Positions 29,471-39,299 of a stretch of DNA of 64,000 bases are shown piece by piece; within the stretch, counting starts at the first letter, position 1; each line of letters opens with the position of its first letter. The notes below the pieces were generated by a model. The model worked only from the letters and a program-made list of their open reading frames with translations. It had not been told where the DNA came from and did no database searches. The stretch covers positions 64,001 to 128,000 of the forward strand of contig JAQBUT010000001.1 in assembly GCA_027623195.1 (NCBI GenBank). The letters are read 5' to 3'. The stretch is from Chloroflexota bacterium. Its GTDB lineage: Bacteria > Chloroflexota > Dehalococcoidia > Lucifugimonadales > JADFKI01. The position numbers and the translations under genes are program-made.

Positions 29471-30520
29471 CTAAAGGGCCAATTTCTCCGCTAGCCCGTA
29501 CTCATCCGCCAACGCCTTCAGCTTGTCCCACGTCGAGTCCTCCACGGCTATGCCTTCCTGAAGCAACCTCTTCTCCTTCAGGTGCTCCAGCTCTCCTGGA
29601 TAGAAGACCTCAGAAAAGCCCTTTGCAGTCGGCGTCTCCTTGAGGTACTGGGCAAACTCGGTGACCTCTTTCTTGAAGTCTGCCAGGTCCCTGAACGCGT
29701 CCACTTTGAAGGCAGCCATGAAGCAGCCGTCGTTATGCCTTCCTGAGGGATCGTGTCCAAAACCCAGGCCGGTGAGTATGCCCGAAAATATCTCGATCAT
29801 CACGGCCAGACCGTAGCCCTTGTGGCCCTCTGCGCCTCCCAACGGCAGCACCGCACCGCCGTTTCGCAGGTCGCTGGGGTCAGTAGACGGGTTGCCGTCC
29901 TTATCGATGATCCATCCTTCTGGGACTGACGTACCTCTGGCAACGGCTACGCCTAATTTGCCTGCTGCCACAGCGCTGGTGGCCATATCGATGAACATTG
30001 GCCCTTCCAGGTTACTGGGCATGGATATGCAGATTGGGTTTGTGCCCAGTCTGGCCTCGCGGCCCCCAAAAGGCACTACGCCTTTGGCAGAGCGACCCGA
30101 GTCTGCGGTCATCATGCCAATCAATCCCTCGCTGGAGGCCATGATGGGGTAGTCTGCCACACGGCCTACGTGGCTCTGCCTGAAGACAGTAGCGGCCGCA
30201 ACGCCGTGTTCCTGGGCCTTTGCCATTGTTGTCTTCATTGCCCGCTCGGAAACGACGTAGCCGTAGCCCCAGTGCCCGTCAACGACAGTCGTTGTGGAGC
30301 TCTCCCTGACGACTTCGTACTCGGCTCCGGGCACGATATGACCACGCTTCACCCGGTCTATGTATGTGGGAATCTGGATTATGCCGTGGGAGTCGTGTCC
30401 CGCGAGGTTCGCACCGATTGAGTGGCGAGCTACTATAGCTGCCTCTTCTTCAGTGGCGCCCGCTCCCATTAGTAGTTGGGCTGCAATCTCTTTTAGCCTA
30501 TCTGCCTGAACTGTGGGCAT
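29471..30520 (-). CDS. Ldh_2 family oxidoreductase (type 2 malate/lactate/ureidoglycolate dehydrogenase)
   Basis: GHDSHG, SHVGR, GTNPI, DMATS, GHKGYGL, YPGE. Confidence 0.9.
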   Translation of the reverse strand: MPTVQADRLKEIAAQLLMGAGATEEEAAIVARHSIGANLAGHDSHGIIQIPTYIDRVKRGHIVPGAEYEVVRESSTTTVVDGHWGYGYVVSERAMKTTMAKAQEHGVAAATVFRQSHVGRVADYPIMASSEGLIGMMTADSGRSAKGVVPFGGREARLGTNPICISMPSNLEGPMFIDMATSAVAAGKLGVAVARGTSVPEGWIIDKDGNPSTDPSDLRNGGAVLPLGGAEGHKGYGLAVMIEIFSGILTGLGFGHDPSGRHNDGCFMAAFKVDAFRDLADFKKEVTEFAQYLKETPTAKGFSEVFYPGELEHLKEKRLLQEGIAVEDSTWDKLKALADEYGLAEKLAL

Positions 30521-30589
30521 TGCTTCCTCCTGAATTTTGCGATTTCTGAAACGCTCCGGAAAAGTAATCGATTATTAGACCGGACAATC

Positions 30590-32092
30590 CTACTCGTCGT
30601 CCCAATCCATGGCCCTATCCACTGCGCGAGACCACCTTCTGCAAAGGCCGTCTCGTATTTCGTCCGTCATCTCTGGCTCGTAGCGCATGCCGGCCGACCA
30701 CAGGCTTTCAATCTCCTTCTGGCTGTGCCAAAAGCCGACGGCGAGTCCAGCCAGAAAGGCCGCGCCCAAGGCTGTGGTCTCCATCACTTGAGAGCGTTCC
30801 AAGGGCATTTCCAAGATATCGGCCTGGAACTGCATCATTAGATCGTTTGCCGTGCCGCCGCCGTCCACCCGAAGCAGAGCGATATCCAATCCCGCATCGC
30901 TCTTCATGGCCTCTACAACATCGCGAACCTGATACGCCGTAGACTCCAGCGCGGCGCGGGCGAAGTGGCCTTGATTTGTGCCTCTGGTGATTCCCAGGAT
31001 GGCCCCGCGAGCGTACATATCCCAGTGGGGCGCGCCCAACCCCGTAAAGGCGGGAACGATGTATAGGCCGCCATTGTCTTCTACAGACCGTGCCAGTTTC
31101 TCCACTTCAGATGCTGAATCAATCATGTGAAGCTCATCTCGCAGCCACTGTACCGTGGCTCCGGTGGAGAAGATACTCCCCTCCAGGGCATATGTCACCT
31201 TACCGTCAATGCTCCACGCAGGCGTGGTGATTAACCCGTGCTCGGAGACGGTACGCCTGTCGCCCGTGTTCATCAGCACGAACGACCCTGTGCCATAGGT
31301 GTTCTTCGTCATCCCTGGACGGAAGCAGGCCTGACCGAACAGAGCCGCATGCTGGTCGCCCGCCATGCCCGCGATTGGTATGCTCTGACCACCAAAGTAG
31401 TTTCCACTAGCGTGTCCAAATATCTCACTGGAGGAGCGTACCTCCGGCAGCACCGCCCTGGGAATGTCCAGCTCCGAAAGAAGGTCGTCGTCCCATTCCA
31501 GCGTGTTGATGTTGTAGAGCATGGTACGTGCGGCATTGGTAACGTCAGTGGCGTGTACCGTGCCGTTGGTCAGGTTCCAAAGCAACCAGCTATCCACGGT
31601 GCCAAAGGCCAACTCTCCGGCCTCAGCCCTGCGCTGGCCCTCCGGAATGTTGTCTAGAATCCAACGGACTTTGGTGCCGGAGAAGTACGCGTCGATTGGT
31701 AGTCCTGTCTTGTCACGAACATCTTCCTCCAGGCCTTGTGCCTTTAGCGCGTCGCAAAGAGGGGCCGTCCGGCGGCACTGCCACACAACCGCATTGGATA
31801 AAGCCGTTCCTGTACGACGGTCCCAAACAAGAGCCGTCTCTCTCTGATTAGTAATTCCGATGCCCTGTATCTGGCCAACAGAGACTTCGGTCTCCTCAAG
31901 AAGCTCCTCTACGACAGCCATACACGACCCGAAAAGCTCCTCAGGATTGTGCTCCACCCAACCAGGGTGGGGGTAAATCTGCTCGATTTCCTGGTACGTG
32001 CGCCACAGAACCTTACCACTACCATCCACCAGGATTGCCGTGGTGCCTGTAGTGCCCTGGTCCAAAGCCAATATGTATCCCGATTTTGTCAA
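30590..32092 (-). CDS. glpK: Glycerol kinase
   Basis: LDQGTTG, GITNQRET, YFSGTK, GDQHAALFG, KNTYGTG, VPAFTGLGAPHW. Confidence 0.95.
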   Translation of the reverse strand: MTKSGYILALDQGTTGTTAILVDGSGKVLWRTYQEIEQIYPHPGWVEHNPEELFGSCMAVVEELLEETEVSVGQIQGIGITNQRETALVWDRRTGTALSNAVVWQCRRTAPLCDALKAQGLEEDVRDKTGLPIDAYFSGTKVRWILDNIPEGQRRAEAGELAFGTVDSWLLWNLTNGTVHATDVTNAARTMLYNINTLEWDDDLLSELDIPRAVLPEVRSSSEIFGHASGNYFGGQSIPIAGMAGDQHAALFGQACFRPGMTKNTYGTGSFVLMNTGDRRTVSEHGLITTPAWSIDGKVTYALEGSIFSTGATVQWLRDELHMIDSASEVEKLARSVEDNGGLYIVPAFTGLGAPHWDMYARGAILGITRGTNQGHFARAALESTAYQVRDVVEAMKSDAGLDIALLRVDGGGTANDLMMQFQADILEMPLERSQVMETTALGAAFLAGLAVGFWHSQKEIESLWSAGMRYEPEMTDEIRDGLCRRWSRAVDRAMDWDDE

Positions 32093-32223
32093 TTCCGACC
32101 TCCGGCAACATACTTAGCCACGAATCGCCGCTTGTGTCAAGGATTTGCTTGGGCGATAATGTCCTCTGCGCCGCGTTAACACGGGAGCGCATTATAGAAT
32201 TTCCATCAATGGCAGGGTGAGAG

Positions 32224-32598
32224 ATGGCAGGACGACGCATAAGGATTACAGCAGGGGATCACCTGGTAACGGCGGTCCTTAACAGCAGCTACACGTCGGA
32301 CTTACTTTGGGACGCCCTGCCCATCGAGGCGTCGGGCAGCACATGGGGCGACGAGATATACTTCCGTATCCCCGTTGAGGACGAAGAGGACGACGCGCAG
32401 GAGGTGGTGGAGATGGGCGCGGTTGGCTACTGGCCCCCAGGGCAGGCACTATGCCTATTCTTCGGGCGCACCCCGGCCAGCATCGGCGACGAAATAAGAC
32501 CCGCCAGCGCCGTAAACGTTCTCGGCGACATAGAGGGCGACGCAACCGTGCTGAAGGAAGTGGCTTCAGGCACGAATATCCGAGTGGAGCAGGCATAA
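32224..32598 (+). CDS. Cyclophilin-like fold protein (DUF369 / TM1367-like)
   Basis: TWGDEIYF, YWPPGQALCLFFGRTP, RPASAVN. Confidence 0.8.
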   Translation: MAGRRIRITAGDHLVTAVLNSSYTSDLLWDALPIEASGSTWGDEIYFRIPVEDEEDDAQEVVEMGAVGYWPPGQALCLFFGRTPASIGDEIRPASAVNVLGDIEGDATVLKEVASGTNIRVEQA

Positions 32599-32599
32599 A

Positions 32600-33268
32600 T
32601 TGGGATTTTCAGACGAGCTAAGGCGGGCGGGCGCCGAGATGTGGGACCGCGAAAAGCAACACCCATTCGTAACCGGAATCGGCGATGGCACCCTTGAGCT
32701 GGACAAATTTCGGTACTACATGCGCCAGGACTACATCTTTCTGATCGACTTTTGCCGTGCCATATCCCTTGCCGTGGCCAAGGCCAAGGAAGTGGAAGAC
32801 ATGGGCTGGTTCGCCCAGTTGCTGCACGAGACCTTGAACAAGGAGATGGCGCTGCACATTAGCTTCTGCAAAGACTTCGGTATTACCGAGGCAGAGCTAC
32901 GGTCTACGGAGCCATCCCCAACCACGCTAGCGTACACCCGCCATCTGCTGCAGACCGGCTATTCCGCCGACATCGGAGCAATCGCCACTTCTATGCTGCC
33001 GTGCTCCTGGGGCTACTCGGAGATTGGCCAGATGCTGTCGGGCAGGGGCGCGCCTGAAGGCCAACCGCTCTACGGACGCTGGATTGAAATGTACAACGCG
33101 CCTGAGTTCGCCGAGCTTGCAGACTGGCTACGCTCTTTTATAGACCGCACAGCAGAAAGCTGCGGGGCAGCGGAGTTGAAACGCATGGAGCAGGTATTTA
33201 TCGCGAGTAGCCAGTACGAGTATATGTTTTGGGAAGCCGCATATCGCATGGAGCAGTGGCCCATTTAG
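32600..33268 (+). CDS. tenA: Thiaminase II / aminopyrimidine aminohydrolase
   Basis: HPFV, YMRQDYIFL, LPCSWGY (catalytic Cys), WIEMY, EYMFW. Confidence 0.9.
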   Translation: MGFSDELRRAGAEMWDREKQHPFVTGIGDGTLELDKFRYYMRQDYIFLIDFCRAISLAVAKAKEVEDMGWFAQLLHETLNKEMALHISFCKDFGITEAELRSTEPSPTTLAYTRHLLQTGYSADIGAIATSMLPCSWGYSEIGQMLSGRGAPEGQPLYGRWIEMYNAPEFAELADWLRSFIDRTAESCGAAELKRMEQVFIASSQYEYMFWEAAYRMEQWPI

Positions 33269-33282
33269 GCCTCCGAAATAAT

Positions 33283-33310
33283 TAAGGCCCTGGTCAATGC
33301 CAGGGCCTTA
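33283..33310. terminator. Terminator hairpin between convergent genes
   Basis: TAAGGCCCTGG-TCAATG-CCAGGGCCTTA. Confidence 0.75.
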
Positions 33311-33343
33311 TCTGCTGAATATCTTATTAGCCTAACGGGGTAT

Positions 33344-34015
33344 TTATCTTTCGATCCCGATCGCTAATTCACGCGATTCATCGGGCGTAACCATGATCTT
33401 GTACATGCACCCGCCGGCGCCATCTCGAATACTTTCCATTCTGGAAATGTCGACACCGAGCATAGTCGCTATCAGATGGAAGTCGTACGAACACACGGAG
33501 GGGTTCTTCATGGCAACAGAACGGAACGGGCAGTTCATGAGCCTCAACTCAATCACATCGTCGCTCTTCGTCAAAATAGGGGAGAAATCTTGGCTCTCCA
33601 GAACTTTGAACAATGATTTGGCTCGTTGCTCCAGACTCTGACCCTCGAGCGAAACGTTCTCCGATGCTGTCTGTTGGGAGAGCCCCGTAAAAACCTGGTG
33701 AAGAATTTGGGGGCCATCGAGCCCCTGAGTATCCTCGGGAGTCAGCTTGCCGATCTGGTCCACAACCCTCGTTAACAGCCTGTCGTAATCCTTGGGAAGC
33801 GACTCCTGTCCATCCTCAGTCAGATAGAAGGAATATTCCGGCCGACCCGTCTTTTTTCGGACCTCTTCGAATCCAACTAGCCTGTCCCTTTGAAGAATGT
33901 CCAAGTGCCTTCGAATAGTGGCCGGGGCAAGACCTATGCTCGTGGCCAGGCCATCAACGGTCTTATGCCCATTTGCCTGCAATAGCTGAAGAATTCGCAG
34001 CCTTGTCCCTTCCAT
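33344..34015 (-). CDS. Winged-HTH transcriptional regulator, SufR/ArsR-like with C-terminal Cys motif
   Basis: TIRRHLDIL, TGRP...FYLT, PKDY, NCPF..C..C. Confidence 0.8.
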   Translation of the reverse strand: MEGTRLRILQLLQANGHKTVDGLATSIGLAPATIRRHLDILQRDRLVGFEEVRKKTGRPEYSFYLTEDGQESLPKDYDRLLTRVVDQIGKLTPEDTQGLDGPQILHQVFTGLSQQTASENVSLEGQSLEQRAKSLFKVLESQDFSPILTKSDDVIELRLMNCPFRSVAMKNPSVCSYDFHLIATMLGVDISRMESIRDGAGGCMYKIMVTPDESRELAIGIER

Positions 34016-34051
34016 ACCACTCCAATCAAGCGATTCTTACGTTTCGCCCTG

Positions 34052-34080
34052 ATTATAGCTTCGTTAGTGGGGGCTGTCAA
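34052..34080 (-). promoter_or_regulatory. Consensus sigma70 promoter of the SufR-like gene
   Basis: TTGACA-N17-TATAAT on minus strand. Confidence 0.8.
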
Positions 34081-34352
34081 ATTAACATAGCTAAATGTGC
34101 AATATAAAAGATAAGGCATTTATCAGTCTATTACCTGCTAAACAAGCCTTCGACCAAGATCCAGGAGGACGAAAGAGGGTTAATCGCAGGATTTCGATTG
34201 CCATACATTAATAGCCAATAATAATTAAAATCAGGCAATAAAAACGACGAATATGAGTAATTTAAGGTGGTTCGCTTAAACGAAACTAACGGGGATTTGA
34301 TCCTGCTAAATTACCAGTCAAGGGACCGTCAATATGGAAAAGCCTGAACAGC

Positions 34353-35126
34353 CTATCGAAAGAGGTCCTTTGAACGGTCTCGGATCATAGGCTTTATGCC
34401 GTTTGTAGAATTTGTGCCGTACTCGTAGCCCCGGACGATGGCAACCGGAACGTTAATTGATTTGGCAGTCACCATTTCGGCGGCAGCGGCTAACTCGTCG
34501 GCCACGGCGATGGTGGTCACTTTCAACTCTCTGTCGTTGGCGTCCAGCGTTCCACGGTAGTCTTTCATCGGCTCCACTCCCGCGACGCCTATGGCAAAGT
34601 TGCTGTGCCCCTCGCGCCAAGCCCTCCCGAATGTATCTGAGACCACAACGCCGATCTGTGCGCCACCTATCAGGTCACCAATCGCATTACGTATGCCCTG
34701 AGCCGACTTATCGGAGTCGACGGGCAACAGGCAAACCACGTCCTCGCCCGGCACATTAGATGAGTCTATCCCGGCGTTGGCGCAAACGAACCCGTGTTTC
34801 GTTTCCGTTATTATCACGCCCCTGTCCACGTCCATCCTGACAATGGAACGACTCTCCAGAAGCACCAGTTCCACCAGACGGGCGTCCTTGCCCGTGTCCG
34901 CGGCTAATTGCTTTGCATAATCAGAAGGCGTTACGTCGTTGAGATTCACAAGGCGACCTTCAGACTTAGATACAACCTTCTGCGTCACAACCAGTATGTC
35001 GCCGTTCGCCAGCGGCGTACCCTGGTCCCGCGCCGCCTCAAAGATCGCAAGCGAAAGGTTATCGCCTTCTTTAATCTCCGGCATCCCGGTTACACCTATG
35101 ATTTCTATACGAGGAAATACGCTCAT
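34353..35126 (-). CDS. cofE: Coenzyme F420-0:L-glutamate ligase
   Basis: MPEIKEGD, VTQKVVSKSEG, CANAGIDSSN, SDTFGRAWR, ADELAAAA; start moved to ATG 35126. Confidence 0.9.
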   Translation of the reverse strand: MSVFPRIEIIGVTGMPEIKEGDNLSLAIFEAARDQGTPLANGDILVVTQKVVSKSEGRLVNLNDVTPSDYAKQLAADTGKDARLVELVLLESRSIVRMDVDRGVIITETKHGFVCANAGIDSSNVPGEDVVCLLPVDSDKSAQGIRNAIGDLIGGAQIGVVVSDTFGRAWREGHSNFAIGVAGVEPMKDYRGTLDANDRELKVTTIAVADELAAAAEMVTAKSINVPVAIVRGYEYGTNSTNGIKPMIRDRSKDLFR

Positions 35127-35283
35127 ATTAGGCTCATCTGTTAGAACTTTGGCTGCCCGAATCGGCATTAGGAAATACAGTATACGCAGTATGGCCTCAG
35201 GCGCACAATTGCCGCCGGCAACAGGCCAACGTGCTATACTCATTCCGGATTTTTCAAGCCCTTGAACAAGTACGGAGACTGCC

Positions 35284-36183
35284 ATGACCTCTGCTATAAC
35301 CGCATTACGAAGCCTGCTTTTCGTTCCAGGCAATCAGCCCAACATGATGGAAAAGGCCATGGCCCTGAGGCCCGACGCCTTCATTCCAGACCTGGAAGAT
35401 TCCGTCCCAGATGATGAGAAGACCAACGCCCGAGAGGTGACGGCCGCGCACATCGCCAGCCTAGCTGCGGGCGGCACAAAGGTCATTCCCAGGGTTAACT
35501 CGATGGATACCGGCATTATGGAAAAGGACCTGGCTGCCTTAGTCGGTCCGGACATCTTCGGCGTATCTATAGGGAAAATTTACACCGCAGACGACATCCA
35601 GAAAATCTCCAGCATTCTGTCCGACTTGGAACGCAAAGCAGGCCTGCAGGACGGTCACGTCCGACTGGTGCCGTGGATCGAAACGGCAATGGCCGTCTCC
35701 CACGCCTACGAGGTCAGCGCGGCGTCTCCAAGAATTATCGCTGTCGCCTTCGGCGCGGAAGATTACACCAACGACATGGGCATAGAGCGCACAGAAGGGG
35801 AGCAGGAGACTGTGTACGCCAGGAGCGCCATAGGCGTAGCGGCAAGGGCTGCAGGTGTGCTGGCTCTGGATACTCCGTTTTTCAGCTTTCGAGACCCAGA
35901 CGGCCTGCGGTCAAACGCCCAGGACGCAAAGAAATTCGGCTTCAAAGGGAAGTTCGCAATCCACCCTGCCCAAATCGACATCATCAACGAGACCTTCTCG
36001 CCTTCGCAGGCAGAGGTCGAGCATGCGCAAAGAGTCATCGCCGCCTTTGAGGAGGCAGAGCGCATCGGCAGAGGCTCCACGTCGCTGGACGGCAAGGTTG
36101 TTGACGTTCCAGTGGTCAAGCGCGCCCAGGCCCTGCTGGAGCTAGCAGAGGCTATGCAAAACATTGCCGGTCCGGGTAATTAA
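35284..36183 (+). CDS. CitE-like CoA ester lyase (HpcH/HpaI aldolase/citrate lyase beta family)
   Basis: RSLLFVPG, DLEDSV, IET, FGAEDY, GFKGKFAIHPAQI. Confidence 0.9.
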   Translation: MTSAITALRSLLFVPGNQPNMMEKAMALRPDAFIPDLEDSVPDDEKTNAREVTAAHIASLAAGGTKVIPRVNSMDTGIMEKDLAALVGPDIFGVSIGKIYTADDIQKISSILSDLERKAGLQDGHVRLVPWIETAMAVSHAYEVSAASPRIIAVAFGAEDYTNDMGIERTEGEQETVYARSAIGVAARAAGVLALDTPFFSFRDPDGLRSNAQDAKKFGFKGKFAIHPAQIDIINETFSPSQAEVEHAQRVIAAFEEAERIGRGSTSLDGKVVDVPVVKRAQALLELAEAMQNIAGPGN

Positions 36184-36185
36184 CG

Positions 36186-36551
36186 TTGTCACACGACAAG
36201 ATGCAACTAGAGGGGCTTAAGTTTTACGGCTACCACGGAGTCCACGAGGCTGAGCAGCAGTTGGGCCAGAGGTTTATTGTCGACCTGGAAATGGAGCTAG
36301 ACCTTAGGCCTGCAGGCCTGTCTGACGATCCTAGCGACACAGTAAATTACTCACTGGTCTACCAGGAAATCAGGAAGATATTGGAAGGGCCACCAAGAAA
36401 ACTACTGGAGAACATAGCTGAATCTATCGCCACATGCGTGCTAGAGAACTTCGATGTGGAGTCGGTACGGGTAAAGGTCATGAAACCCGAGGTCCCGGTT
36501 AAGGGCAGCATACTATCCCACGCCAGCGTCGAGATTTTCCGCGAAAAATAG
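36186..36551 (+). CDS. folB: Dihydroneopterin aldolase
   Basis: FYGYHGV..AEQQLGQRF, DTVNY, LLE, KP. Confidence 0.92.
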   Translation: MSHDKMQLEGLKFYGYHGVHEAEQQLGQRFIVDLEMELDLRPAGLSDDPSDTVNYSLVYQEIRKILEGPPRKLLENIAESIATCVLENFDVESVRVKVMKPEVPVKGSILSHASVEIFREK

Positions 36552-36643
36552 TTTTGGATAGTCAGGCACGGCGGGATATGTCATAGAAACAGGGGCCAAA
36601 TTCCTGCCATATCTCCTGGTACATAGGCGCCAAGACAAGATTG

Positions 36644-37456
36644 TCAGTCCTTGATCTGCGAGATATACCTCTCTGCCGACCGGAGGACGGACTCCTTACC
36701 TCCGCTCATTACGTTCCGACCCCACCAGCCGCCGTAGATACGATCAAAGTCGTAAGGCTCAACGGCATCCACAATTTTTTTGATCTCCGACTCCGGTAGG
36801 GGAATGAGGTTGGGATAGCTGCGCATGAAGCTAACGTAACGCCTGTCCGGCACCACCGTAATGCTGTCACCAACGAACAGCGCGCCTTTGCCCTCTGCCC
36901 CTTGCGCCCAATGCAACACAGCGCTGCCCTCGAAATGGCCGCCGCACTGAATCAGCGTTACTCCCGGCACAAGCTCTGTAGGCTCGCCGCCCCAGTAACG
37001 TATGGCCGGGTCCGGACGCATAACATAGTCGCGGTCTGCTTCGGGTATGTAAATGGGAGCGTTGTCAAAGGCGTGGCTCCATGTCACCATGCTGTCGTAG
37101 AAGTGAGGGTGGGAGAAGCATATGGCTTGAATGCCTCCCAATGCCTTGACGGCTTCTATCGCTGCATCGTCCAGTAAGCTAACACAATCGTAAAGAACGT
37201 TGCCTCCAGGGGTCTGCACCAGCAACGCCCGCTGACCTATCGTGAAGCTAGGGCTGATGCCAATGCCAGTAAGCCCCGGCTCCTCTTCACGAATGTCGTT
37301 GCTGTAACCTTCCACCCTGAGTTCAGCCATTGTTGTCCAACGCTGCCCCTCCCAGCCCACGTACTGGCGAGGGTCGTCGCAAATAGGACAATTAAGAGGA
37401 GGGCTGTCGCTCTCCGTATACTCCACGCCACAGGTTCTACATATGTAATTTTCCAA
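36644..37456 (-). CDS. MBL-fold metallo-hydrolase
   Basis: ICRTCG, CPICDDPRQY, SHPHFY, GGHFEGS, SFMRSYPNLIP. Confidence 0.85.
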   Translation of the reverse strand: MENYICRTCGVEYTESDSPPLNCPICDDPRQYVGWEGQRWTTMAELRVEGYSNDIREEEPGLTGIGISPSFTIGQRALLVQTPGGNVLYDCVSLLDDAAIEAVKALGGIQAICFSHPHFYDSMVTWSHAFDNAPIYIPEADRDYVMRPDPAIRYWGGEPTELVPGVTLIQCGGHFEGSAVLHWAQGAEGKGALFVGDSITVVPDRRYVSFMRSYPNLIPLPESEIKKIVDAVEPYDFDRIYGGWWGRNVMSGGKESVLRSAERYISQIKD

Positions 37457-37709
37457 TGGAATCTCCTACGTTTGTATCAGAGGCAGGTGTGCTGATATCA
37501 TCGGTTTTCGCCGTTTAAGATAGCATTATTTCTTCCCGAATGTGGTTGCAACCAAACTTAACCTATGCCAAACTTGGTGCAATCGTCGAGCACATCCATA
37601 CAGGCTCGGCGATCAGTCAGTTTTGAACCATTCAATTAAGTTACATCGCTCGTACTTACGACAAACGGGATGAGATACCACAATAGCATCTGCATAAGGA
37701 GACCCAGGC

Positions 37710-39110
37710 ATGTCCACAACCACCAAACCCCAAAATATCGGAGACCTGCGGGAGAGCGGATACGAAGTCCTCAGTGTAAAGCAGGAGATCCGCAAGAATT
37801 TAATAAAGAATATAAAGTCGGGCCAGAATCTATTCCCAGGCATCATTGGTTTTGATGAATCCGTTTTGCCTCAGATGGAAAATGCCATTCTGGCAGGCCA
37901 GGACATTATTTTGCTGGGCGAGCGCGGTCAAGCTAAGTCACGAATAATCCGAAGTCTGGTGTCGCTGCTGGACGACGAGATCCCGGTTATGGAAGGGTGT
38001 GAGCTTAACGACGACCCATTCAAGCCAATCTGCCTGCATTGCAAGAACAAGATCGCGGCGGAAGGGGATAGGGCCAAGATATCCTGGCTCCCCAGAGAGA
38101 TGAGGTACGCCGAAAAGCTTGCGACTCCCGACATTACTGTCGCGGACCTCATTGGTGAAATCGACCCGATAAAGGTCGCGGAAGGACGTTATCTCTCTGA
38201 CGAACTGACCATCCACTATGGACTGATCCCTCGAACCAATCGCGGCATATTCTGCATGAACGAACTGCCTGACCTGTCAGAGCGAATACAGGTCAGCCTG
38301 TTCAACCTGATGCAGGAGAGGGACATCCAGATCAAGGGCTATCGCATTATGTTGCCCCTGGACGTTTTCCTTGTGTCCAGCGCCAACCCGGAGGACTACA
38401 CCAACCGAGGCCGAATAATCACGCCGCTTAAAGACCGCTACGGCGCGCAGATCCGAACACATTACCCAAAAACCACGGCTCAGGAAATGGGTATCGTAGA
38501 GCAGGAGTACACAAGGTTTGACGATACGTCGGAGCAGGTGACTGTACCGGACTACATGAAGGAATTGGTGGCAGAGATCACAGCCCTTGCCCGACGCAGC
38601 CCGGACGTAAACCAGCGCTCGGGCGTAAGTCTGCGCGTTTCAATCGCAAACTACGAGACGGTCCTTAGCTCTGCCTTCAAGCGCAGCCTCAAGCACAAGG
38701 AGAAGGCGGCGCCCAGAGTCAGCGATTTGCCGGCCATCGTGGCTTCTACGCTTGGAAAGTTGGAGATGGAAAGCGTGGAAGAGGGCCGCGAGTTCAAGGT
38801 CGTGGAAGAGTTGACCAAGAAGGCCGTGCTCAACACCTTCGGGCGTCATTTCAAGCCAAGGGATTTCGAAGATCTGGTTGCGAAATTCGAGGAGGGCTTT
38901 ACGCTTGAGACTGGCAGCGACATACCTTCATCAGATTACGTGAAGAATTTGCCTCAGATCGGCGAGGCGTCCAAGCTCATCAAGCGTATCGAACCTTCGG
39001 AGGATCCGGCGGCCATCGCCTCTGCTATGGAATTCATCCTTGAGGGCCTGCACCTGAACCGCCGAATTAATCGCGACCAGTCCGGCGGTCACATGATTTA
39101 CACGGCATAG
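37710..39110 (+). CDS. Magnesium chelatase subunit I-like AAA+ ATPase
   Basis: GERGQAKS, EKLATPD, NELPDL, ANPEDYTNRGRIITPLKDR. Confidence 0.85.
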   Translation: MSTTTKPQNIGDLRESGYEVLSVKQEIRKNLIKNIKSGQNLFPGIIGFDESVLPQMENAILAGQDIILLGERGQAKSRIIRSLVSLLDDEIPVMEGCELNDDPFKPICLHCKNKIAAEGDRAKISWLPREMRYAEKLATPDITVADLIGEIDPIKVAEGRYLSDELTIHYGLIPRTNRGIFCMNELPDLSERIQVSLFNLMQERDIQIKGYRIMLPLDVFLVSSANPEDYTNRGRIITPLKDRYGAQIRTHYPKTTAQEMGIVEQEYTRFDDTSEQVTVPDYMKELVAEITALARRSPDVNQRSGVSLRVSIANYETVLSSAFKRSLKHKEKAAPRVSDLPAIVASTLGKLEMESVEEGREFKVVEELTKKAVLNTFGRHFKPRDFEDLVAKFEEGFTLETGSDIPSSDYVKNLPQIGEASKLIKRIEPSEDPAAIASAMEFILEGLHLNRRINRDQSGGHMIYTA

Positions 39111-39133
39111 AACACATTCCTATTGGTTCAGAT

Positions 39134-39167
39134 GCTACGGGCCTCGTTAAATAACGAGGCCCGTAGT
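39134..39167 (+). terminator. Intrinsic terminator
   Basis: GCTACGGGCCTCGTTA-AA-TAACGAGGCCCGTAGT followed by TTA. Confidence 0.8.
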
Positions 39168-39222
39168 TTATTGTCTGGACACAGGAATCAAATTACGCAG
39201 GCCATCAAGCCATTCACTTTCA

Positions 39223-39252
39223 TTGACGCTATTCACAACCGCTAGCTACAAT
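39223..39252 (+). promoter_or_regulatory. sigma70-like promoter of valS
   Basis: TTGACG-N18-TACAAT. Confidence 0.55.
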
Positions 39253-39299
39253 GATGAAATCATCTTCATGAAAAATCCCTTGGCGTAGGTTCAAACGGC

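Noticed and set aside
32093..32223. TPP riboswitch upstream of the DUF369-tenA pair
   Set aside because: No recognisable TPP aptamer core motifs
35127..35333. N-terminal extension of cofE
   Set aside because: Overlaps the divergent CitE-like gene and promoter; CofE similarity begins at 35126
39170..39299. T-box upstream of valS
   Set aside because: No GGTGGNACCGCG motif, and the promoter leaves only about 45 nt of leader
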